NCBI RefSeq assembly: GCF_964204645.1
Contig: NC_134035.1
Location: forward strand, 5,332,001 to 5,396,000
Source: Tubulanus polymorphus
Taxonomy: Eukaryota; Animalia; Nemertea
Direction: 5' to 3'
Length of the DNA stretch: 64,000 bases
The translations under genes and the position numbers were made by a program. Every line of letters begins with the position of its first letter. Position 1 is the stretch's first letter. The notes under the pieces were generated by a model. That model saw only the letters and a program-made list of their open reading frames with translations, made no database searches and was not told the DNA's origin. Shown piece by piece: positions 39,201 through 49,200 of the stretch.

Positions 39201-42200
39201 GCGCAGGAATTCTGGGAAAAACTCGGCAAGGAGGAATTCAAATTCGACGTGTATTGGCTGAAGCCGTTCATACGACGTACGAAAATGGAGAACCTCGTCG
39301 ATCTGGCCAGCACGAGCGTTGACGATATGGAATCGGAAACGGAGGAAAATGAAGCCGACGATGATGATAACGAGGAAGCGGGCGTCGACGATTTGGAGGA
39401 CGAAGGAACCGCCGACGAATCGCCGAAGAAATCTAAAACTAGTGAGTTATATATGCCGAATGAGGTGGAGGGGATGACCGATTTCATGAAACCAAAAAAT
39501 GATCAAGAATCTTGACAAGCAAAACAGGGAGGCCACTTATCTGCCAATCGGGGAAAATTCTTCTTATTTCTAAAAGAAATAGAAGCTAAAAATCTTGGAA
39601 AGGAGACTGCTAGATCACGCGTATAATAAAACAGTTTCTAAGTTTGACATATTTGACTGGATTCTTAGCAGATCAAGTCCGGGAAAACAACGCATATGTC
39701 AGTCAGGAAATAGTCGGGGGAAAAGATTTGATATGATATCGTTAATTAACAATATTTCCTGTTTAAAATGAACACGAAATGAATTGTTTTTTCAGAGCCT
39801 GTCGGTTATACGGCCGTCGATATCGAGGACGCTTTGAAACTCGTCAAGAAAGGAACGTCGGTGAAACAGGCCGCCGCCAAATACGGAATACCGCACGACG
39901 TACTGGACGACTACAACACCGGTAAAATCAAACGAGTATTCGAATTCAAAGAGGAAAAACAGATCGTACACGGATTGGAAGATCTTCACTCGGAATGCGT
40001 TACGTTAACGAAACAGGACGTGTTCCTCGTCGCGTATAAAGTCGCCGATAAACTCGGTAAAGACGTCACGTTGAACCGAGAGTGGTACGACACGTTGATA
40101 CAAGGCTGGCCGAAACTCGCCGACATCATAGAGGACGAAGAAGACGAAAACGACGAATTCACGATGACCGAAGAGGACGATTTGCCGTCGACGCCGGTGA
40201 AGAAAACCGTCAAGAAAGAGGAGGCCGACGGCGATGACGATGCGGATAAGAAGGATGCCTCGGCGACATCGCACGTCGGTAAAGGAAAGCTAGTCGATAG
40301 TAAGGGGAAGAAAGTCGAACCGAAATCGAGCGCCAAAAAACAGCAGAAAGAAGAAAATAGCGGCGATAAAAAAGAGGCGGATAAGGATGAGACGAAGGAT
40401 GTTTCGTTGGAAGGTCGGAATGAGAAGGAGGTAAAAGACGGCGGCGGCGATAAGGAGGTGAAGGATAGCGAGGAAAGCGTGGTCGGCGATGGTAAAGAAG
40501 GTGAAGATGAAAACAAAGTGGTGAAAGTAGAAGAAACCGAGGAAGGAAATTCTGAAGAAAATGGTGAGTTTTATATATATTGATTATTTAGTAAATTGCA
40601 TCATGAGACTTACAGATTGAACCTGAATTGACATTTTTTCCTCCAGTCGCGAACGAAAAAGAAACTGATTCCACCGCTGCCGATGCTGATGCTGCTGCTG
40701 CTGCTGCAGCTGCAGGTGCGAATGAAAAACAAGATGAAAGTATGGAAGTGGAAGAAGAATTTTCGAATGATGAATTCTTGAAGTCTCTACCGGAGCCACC
40801 ACCTCCAGAGGAAGAGGAAGAGGAAGAGGAAGAGACTACGACTACTATTCCTATGTATTACGAGCTGCCTGTACCAGAGGCACCCGGTATGTAAACAGTG
40901 TAACTTCAAATACCTTTCTCAAACTTCACAGCTCAGATTTTCACAAACCATGAACCCTCTAACTTTAATGGGGGTGGCCAATTGTCTTGAAAACCTGCGA
41001 AACTCAGGAAATCGATGAATGAAAAATGAATAGAGTGTAATATTATTCTAAACCTAGATATTTCTCTGATTCACTCTGGGAATTTGTGTAATCACATGGA
41101 AAATTTTGGGAAAACTCGGGCGATTTGTAAACGGGCGGAAAGTGGCGCCACCCTGATATTGATCACTTCTATAAATTCTGTATCTTGACGCTCTATTTTG
41201 ACTGATGTTTGAAAATGTTTAATTGAAATGCAGTTGTGGCGAGAGCCTCGTGGACGAACGTCGACGTCGCTCAGGCTCTGAAACTCGTCGACGCCGGCAT
41301 GACGATGAAAAATGCCGCCGCACAATTCCACATTCCGTTAGCGACGCTTCACGATCGACATTCCCAACGTCTGCGCGCCGGACTCACCAAAGCGGAAGAG
41401 GTGACCATCGTCAAATCAATCGAAAGGCTTTATCAAGAACTCAAACGAAAGGTTAGTTACGCGAGCCCTCAACGAGCAGAGCGACACTTGGATCGATGAG
41501 AGACTACTCGGCTACTAGTCCTTCAAATAACTTCTAAATCACCCCCCTCCCCTTCCTCTTCTCTAATATAATTAATTAAAACATCATACAAGTTTTTATT
41601 TGTCGTCCTATTAATTTTACAGGTTAGTTTGGCCGAAGTGTTGTATTTGTCTAAAGAGTTGGCGGCGAAATTCGGCAAGAAAGATCAGTTGAATATTCAG
41701 TGGTTCACGGTATTTGCAAAGAAATATCCGCAACTGAAGCCACTCGTTCGTAAAGACCGTAGCAAAGAGAAAACGGCTGAAAGCGTTCAAACTAAGGCAG
41801 CCGGTGAAACGGATGAGATGAGTCTTAGTCCTTCAGGTTCGTTCGATAACTATTATGCCCATTGTCCTGGACCTAGTTAGCTATTCAATTTCATCTGAAT
41901 TTGTTAGTTTTTGAAGTGATGATAGGTACATAATCAGGGTTGCCACTTACCTGGAAATCAGGGAAATTTCTTTTTGAAAAAGTCGGCATTCTGTAAAACA
42001 AAAAAAACCTAAAAATCAGGGAAATATGTTAAGATGCCAGATGCGCGTAAAATCAAACAGTTTCTGTCAATGTCTTACGTATTTGACTGTGTTAACTGAT
42101 CGGATTCTTCACAGATCAAGTCAGGTGAAATAACATACATGTCAGCGAGTAGTCGGGAAAAAGCAAGTCAAATTAAAGTGGTGGCCCTGTTTATGGCTGA

Positions 42201-44228
42201 GAGTCTATATTTCTTGAGGTGGACCATAACTTAGCGATGAGCTAAGTTCTTGACCTTTTATGTCGACGAGGATTTTATTTCCAATGATTAAACCTTGAAG
42301 ATTATCCACTTGTCCAGATATTTAGTAAATGGTCTATATAAATTTACATATTAATGTTTAGTATTTTATTGTAGTGCGTAACTTAAGTGGAGCTGATCGT
42401 CTGACGGTTGCTATCGACGCCGTACGCAGCGGACAGATGAATCTGGGCGAAGCGGCGCGTTATTACGGCGTGGCGCGTACGTCTCTACAGGATGGCGTCG
42501 GTAAATCGACCCACACTCCGACCACCAGCCACGCGGCCATTAAAACTCTATACAAGAAAATCGACGACGTCTTCAACAAAACGGAAGAGGAAATATTCGT
42601 GAAAGCCCTCGGCGGAATCAGCGGACTCGATCGTAAACTGCGTTATGCCGAGGTGTGCGACATCGCGCAGACTCTCGCGCTGGCGTTGCGCCGCGAGTTA
42701 ACGCCGCCCGAGAAGTGGTTAGCCGGATTGTTGGCGCGGTGGCCGGAGATGAAAGACATCGTCGACACGGACGTTTTAAACGTCGGTTTCGTCGCGACCG
42801 ACTGTATCCCGATACAGATGATCGCCGACAGCATCGCCGAGGATATACGTAATTATCATCGTATGGTCGAAGAGGCGAAGCTGGAACTGGCGGCGACGAC
42901 GTCGACGATGATGGGAGAGAAAGCGACGGCGAAAAAACCGGCATTGTTGAGAACGGCTGCGACTAGTGCATTGAAGAAAGGTCAGTTTCACATCAACATA
43001 GTCTTTCTGCACCTTCTCAGATATTAGACATTTTGTCAGATATTCTTCCAGTTGCTGGTTGTCCACATTTAACATACGTTCAACACTTCACCTGAGATAT
43101 TTTTAATCGAAAATGAACTATAAAACCAGACAGACATTTTATCAGCACACTTTCAAAAACTCGTCCACACTCCACGTGCATTCAGTGGTTCGCATGAAAC
43201 ATTTTTCGTTGAAAATGAACTACAAAGATTAGCGATTCAACCCCTTAATAACTTCTTTACTTGTCCCTAGCCACTAGTCCTCAGAAAATGTCTCCGTAGA
43301 ACTTGACCTGAGACATTTTCAATTGTTCTACAAACTCCATACAGATATTTTATCGGCACCCTATTCATCAGTCCAATTGTGTATTTAATGTTATATGTAT
43401 TAATTTCGTGCAGGTTTCACACAGAAGGAAGAATATGAATTCGTAATCGCTCTTCAAGAACTCGATCAGAACGATCAGCTGGTCACGTTGAACACGGTAA
43501 TGACCGCCGCGCTCGGATTGGCCCGTTCCCTGAAACGAGACAAAACGTTCATCAATCAAAAATGGCTGCTCGACTTCGCCAAACGTTGGCCGTCGATTCA
43601 AGAGATGGTTTTCAAGAGTCAGGATAAATTACAAGCGCAGAAGAAAGGCAACGAAGACGAGACGGTCCCGCAGCAGCAGCAGCAGGAAACCGCCGAGATG
43701 GTCTCCATCCCGACGACGTCGAGCGCCGGCGAACAGGTAACGATAATCGACGCGAGCGGAAACGAGGTTCCCGTTATAACGACCGAGCAGACGATCGTCG
43801 AACAACAGCCGCAAATTCTGCATCAAGTCCTCGAAAATCAGGAGATACCGACGACGATCGTGACGTCGGAACAGCAGATCATCAATTTACAACCCGGCGA
43901 CGACGGTCAACAACTCGTTCAACAATCGGCCGACGGCAATTTCGCCGACTTTGAAGGAATGCAGGTCGTGATGACGACGAGCGGCGACGCAGCGATGACG
44001 TCGGCCGACGGCGGCGACGTGACAACGCAAACGATCTACGTGTCGGCCGACTCGCTGTCGATGCTCGGTCAGGACGTCGACATCTCGCAGGCGATCACCG
44101 AGGGACAGATGCTCAGCGACGGTCAGATTCTTCTCACCGGTCAAGACGCCGACGGAAACCCGATCATACTGACGACGTCTGCCGCTGCGTTAGAGGGCGC
44201 CGGCGAGGTCGCCGTCAAGATGGAGTAA
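33297..44228 (+). CDS. Uncharacterised ~2261-aa nuclear protein with 7 psq-type HTH and 9 CENP-B/Tc5-type HTH modules and 2 AT-hook-like motifs; 14 coding exons: 33297-35802, 36147-36385, 36840-37071, 37327-37470, 37597-37704, 37875-38093, 38549-38712, 39129-39441, 39796-40563, 40647-40886, 41234-41451, 41623-41836, 42375-42980, 43414-44228
   Basis: All 13 introns are GT-AG and phases join into one 6786-nt ORF. Recurrent motifs: W...(L/M)..A...V...M...AA.KYGIP.STL.D (psq-like) and F(T/S)..EE..(L/I)V...A..LA...W...F..RWP (Tc5/CENP-B-like). Also GRGRGRP and RGVGRPK. Confidence 0.88.
36505..36714. mobile_element. MITE family C (GGGTGGCC(A/G)C ends); related copies at ~22920-23050, 39527-39725, 40970-41155, 41936-42188 and 57700-57870
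   Basis: GGGTGGCCGC...GTGGCCACCCTG termini. Internal blocks TCAGGGAAA, AAAATCAAACAGTTTC and TATTTGACTG recur among the copies. Confidence 0.7.
43080..43360 (+). repeat. Dispersed repeat with internal duplication; second copy at ~58880-59030
   Basis: GAAAATGAACTA...CCAGAC.AGACATTTTATC.GCAC.CTTTC shared between the two loci. Confidence 0.65.
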
Positions 44229-44854
44229 TCGACCGATAGACTGTGGCAATTCGGATATTCTCGATTAATTGCGATCATATCGAATTACGGATTGTGCTCT
44301 TTTGTTTGCTCTGCACGATATATTGCGTTCGAACAATTTTTTTCTAGAAATATTGGCATGTTTTTTTCTTCGATTCATTATTGTTGAAGAGTAATTTCAC
44401 TAGAGGGAGCTGGTTCCACAGGTGTGCGTTATTGTATAACGATAATACTAGCCGTAATTTGCGAGTTGAATCCGATGCGTGATTTTGGAACTGACTCTAA
44501 CAGAGACAGTTTTGATATCCAGTTGTACATTTGATACGTTTGGCTGTGGTTTCGGACTGGACTCTGTTCTATTTCGGCAATAGTTATGAATGATTCACTC
44601 TTTTCGTTGCGTTTAAATGATCATTTCCGGGAAAAGAAATGGGCGGAGATTTGTTTGTCATATTGTGTATATATGAATCGATATATTATGTGTTCAGTCG
44701 TATTGAGAATATTTTTCATGTTTTTGGAAATGTATATTGTATATTTTATATGTTATTCTAAGTGTTGATAAGTGACAGAGCTGCCCCAGAAAACTGTTTT
44801 TGGGATTTTTTGCTTTTTGGCCCCTGAGAAATATTGGTTTCATTAATTTGATGT

Positions 44855-45030
44855 GTACAGAAATATGAAAGGCGTCACTGAGGGTCTGACCCCTGATAAC
44901 TGAATAGTTTGATCACAATTATGAAAGGTGTTATTGAGGATCTTATGCACCTTTATAACTGATGAAATTGAACAGAAATATGAAAGTTGTCACTGAGGGA
45001 CTTGTCCCCTTTGATTACTGATTAATTTGA
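44855..45030. repeat. ~57-bp degenerate tandem repeat x3, in the presumed 3'UTR of the multi-HTH gene
   Basis: ACAGAAATATGAAAGG.GTCACTGAGGG...CCCCT.GATAACTGA recurs three times. Confidence 0.7.
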
Positions 45031-45319
45031 GGAACATTTTCTTTCAATTTTCAATGAAATATTTCAAATGGTTTTAACTGACGGCATTTCACAGAAGTGA
45101 GCGGCCCGGTTTTGACTTAGGTGGAAAATAAGCGTGAAAAACGTAAATTTGTATTTAGTTGTCGGCAGTTTATATATCGGTTCCTTGTCTAAAATTTCAT
45201 TTAGAACATCATTGAAACTCTCGGCTTGAATGAAAAACAGAATTATAGTAAAATGCTTTTGTATATAAAACAGTATAATAATTGATAAATTGTTTTAATT
45301 AAATAGTGTGCCACGGCCC

Positions 45320-45495
45320 CTCCTCACTATAGTGTGAGCTACTCACTGTCGCTATAGTGTGGACACCCTCACTATAGTGTGGGCTCCTACTCACTATCGA
45401 TATAGTATGGGCTACTCACTATGGAGTGGGCTCCTTCTCACTATCGCTTTAGTGTGGGCTACTCACTATGGAGTGGGCTCCTACTTGCTATAGAT
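45320..45495. repeat. Minisatellite of self-complementary units
   Basis: CTCACTATAGTGTGGGCT(CCT)A variants, ~7 copies; core CACTATAGTG is palindromic. Confidence 0.85.
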
Positions 45496-46288
45496 CAATG
45501 GTGTTCAGATATTTTGTATTTAAATATAATATGATTATAACCGGAAATGGAAATGTAATTAATAAACATATTTTTAATTAAACTCGAAGTCATGTGTTCT
45601 GTTGTAGTTATTTTTCTGCTGTGTGGGATGTTTGTGGGTGGTGAGTATTCAGTAGCCTTGGATTCTACAGTGGGTCTGACAGTTTCGTCGACACCGTCGT
45701 CGATAGAGGAGAAATGCTGACTCAAATTTTATGAGCCACGTAGATGGAAAGTTTAACCCTGCTTCCATGTGCAAAATGGTGCAATTTCCTGCATTTTAGA
45801 ACTAATTTTGATAAGAGTAAGTTAGTAGATTAATGCAAGTGTACACAACTCTGAAGCCGGATACGGCATTTTTCGGTTAAAACCTTTTTACTCGAAACAC
45901 TTACTTTACATTTTACTTAAGTTTACACCACACTAGATCCGCCCACTAGTTGCGTGTACACTCATGCATGGCGTGGACGCTGGAGAAATACTGACAGTTT
46001 CGTGACGTGTTGAGTGTGTTTGGGCCGTTTTGTGTTCGCTCATGTGTGACGGTTCCACAAAACTGCGTGTAGGGTTGACGGAATGGTGGTATTTCTCTTG
46101 TTCCAGCAAGCTTGTCTGGTATGAGCGAGTGCTAAACGGCCAGTATTTCATGGTTACAAAACAAAACACTAACTGATCGCATTTCGATATACATGTATGT
46201 ATTTCACGTAAAGGAATCTGATTATAACAAGTCATCAATGATAAAATGATTTATAAATCTAATCAACTTTTACGCGCGTATTATACCA

Positions 46289-49200
46289 TCAGCAATCGAT
46301 GAATGCCAAAGCGTTTGGGGTCTGCTTCGGCACCGACGAAATTTCATCCATCGTCGCACTGAAATGTGTAAAATAGTATCGGCGAATGTTTGTGTATGAC
46401 CTAGTGAAATCGCGCCCCCGACTTCCGAAAATGTATGGTTTAACATTTAAGTTATAAAAACCATAACTAGTTTCTAGCATTCTAGCTGGGTAGAGCATAA
46501 CTGCTGGGTAGGAAACCAATCTCACAGTCCAGACGGTGCCTCCGGGTAGGATAACACTTTCTCAATCTGGGCGGTGAGACTGTACCCACTTGGTCTGGAC
46601 GGTGTGTGCTGTAGACTATACCTCACAGTCTGAGGTGTCACTCTATCTCCTGTATAGGATACCACTAAATACTGTATCCCTATAATTCAGTAAAAAGTGG
46701 ATGATAACACGAATAAGGACCGGAAAACGGGTAAAAACTAACTTATCCTCGAGCCACTGTATAGCCGCACTTTGACTGACTGGTCCAGGTTGTGAACCGA
46801 TGTATTTCGCTAGGATTCCTGCCTGAAATATACGAGATAGGAAATTAGTTTTTTCCTTCCCAGGGGGAAAGCCACAGAAGGCCGTAAATTTACTTATGAA
46901 AAAACATGAAGTAGAAGATATTGACCGACAAAAATAGTTCCTCAAAATGGGCGTACTCGAGGTCGTACAATGGTCAACTCATCGCGTCGCAACGAGTAGC
47001 TGGCGGTCGCTAGTCGACCTACGCCCATCTCCAAGGCCCATTTTCACTAAAAAGATCAAAAACAACCAATCGAAATACATATAATATACTTACAACATGA
47101 GGTGATGAAAATGACGTACCTGCAAACGAGATAGAAAAAGAACTGATTTTCAGAGAATTGAAGTACCTTGCTTTTTATTACGCAATTATACACATCGTCA
47201 CTTCCTCTTTCTTCTTGATGTAGTTTTCTATGTAAATCTGACGTGGGAAACAGTCGGAAGGAAGGCAGCTATAGGCGTCGTCCATGTCGATCAGCCGGAC
47301 ATGGACGAGGCCTAGAGGACCCTATAGTTGAAGCCCCATGTGCCAGCTATGGCAAAGTTGGTCCAAAAGACCCTAATCATGTATTCATTAAAATATATTT
47401 GTTAAAAAGGAGATGAATAAAGAACTGATTATCATTACTTATGCGACCACTGATGGAAATACTCAGTCCGTGCTGGGGCGATAAAATTCCAGAAATGAAA
47501 ATATTATGTCCGAAATGTTACCTTGAGTTTGCAGTTTATGCAACGTTTCGACTATGTTAACTATACGAACTCAAGGAAACATTTCGGACATTATGATCAT
47601 AATCTATATCAATACTGACCGGATGTCAATATTTCATCGTTGTCGGAACGAATAAATGCCGCTTCGATATCGAATCCTGGCGCCAGAATCGTAACACATC
47701 GACCAAAATTCGAGAAATCGCAGAAAGTATCATTGATTAACGTACAGCCGACTGTAATTCTGAAATAAGAAAATGTAAAAAATGCTCGGAGCCAACATAT
47801 TTTCCTCTTTATCGTTTTCAGTATTTTAATCCGTTAACTTTATACTCAATTTGTTTAATCACTCTCTCATTGTGATCTATCACGAATACAAATTCAAACG
47901 AACGCTTCAACGCTTTTCGATATAGTAAGTAATATATGCGTGGATTATATACGTACGTACCCTCCTTTCGCATTCGCGGGTGAATAGGAGCAGGCCTTAT
48001 CCTGATTATTTCCAGCCGATGAGACGACCAGCACCCCGGCGTCTATAGCTTTCTCAACAGCTTTTCCTATTATTCTCGACCGTGGTCCGACTAACGACAT
48101 GCTAGAAAAATAAATCCTGGATAAACTGGAGAGCGCAAATACTGATGTGACGACTTATTCATGGCGTTATCGATGTTAAAATAGGAATTGATCTTGTTAT
48201 CTATTTGATTGGTAGATTTCTTTTGATTTGGCGTCCCTTTGAAACCCCCGCTGCCGGGAGCGAAACAAGGGGTTTGATTTTGAAATCGGAAATCGAAGTA
48301 TAGATGTGATAGACGGTCGAATTTGCATAATTCACAGTTTAAACTGATTGGAAATTTCGGTTCAGGCTCATTCAAACTATAATCCAACGAGCCTGAACCG
48401 GCAAGCAACTGATTGGGGTTAACTTTGTTGGTTATCTAATTTGATACATCGAGATTTTGGAAATATATACAACACAAGCATTCATTATTTAATATCAAAG
48501 CATCCTTAAATCGCATTTATTATACTTCATGATATCGAATCAATTCAGTTTTAGGGTTTTGGATTTCATGATTTAGAAGAAATTACAGGAAGATATGACT
48601 CATCACTTACTTGATTATCGATTTGGGATCAACTTTCGAATTGTGTTCATCTACGACCCAGCCAATCCCTTCTACCAATGATGACGTTGTACCTATACCT
48701 ACTTCATTAGTCACTCGCACGGCAATTCCGTTCGCTTGTTTGGCTAGACCCAAATCTCTACCCAAAGCAACACCTTAAAATAACGAAAATAATTTCACGA
48801 AAAGCTGAATTATACCGTCCCCTTTTTAAAGCATAGGCCTACTTTAGATGCATACTTGCAACAGAGGTCCCATGTCCGAACACATCCGTTTCCGCTTCCA
48901 GGTAATCGTAGAGATCAAGTCCCTGGAAAAATTATTATGCAAATTCAGAAACATAAATTCGGTTTAAGACGCACATTTCCATCACTTTATATATTTACTA
49001 ACCCATTGGACCCTGCTTGTCGGCGGTCCCGTCAAAGGTTTGAATTCTCTGTGAGTCGATCGTATTCCGCTTACAAATTATATACAATATTCGTTTAAAA
49101 GAGAAATTAGAAAAATGTTTTTAAACTAACCGATTAAATCGACCCGGAACTTTACTTACGAGTCCAGTATATAGATGTCAACTCCTTGCCCGAGATCGGC

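Noticed and set aside
24090-44144. Many antisense and alternative-frame ORFs overlapping exons
   Set aside because: Explained by GC/CpG-rich codon usage and low-complexity coding on the real strand; no independent motifs.
33297-44228. Active pogo/Tigger transposon
   Set aside because: 13 introns, no DDE catalytic region and no terminal inverted repeats seen.
45750-46195. Telomerase RNA (TAACCCT at ~45754, three-way junction, ACAAAA H-box-like motif, ACA)
   Set aside because: Template match is only 7 nt, there is no convincing U-rich/A-rich pseudoknot next to it, and no proper 3' H/ACA hairpin. Kept only as an unclassified structure.
45919-46291. Selenocysteine read-through of the subtilase TGC-TGA end with a SECIS
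   Set aside because: The downstream minus-strand hairpin starts AUGA but lacks the opposing GA quartet, and S8A homology ends at the stop.
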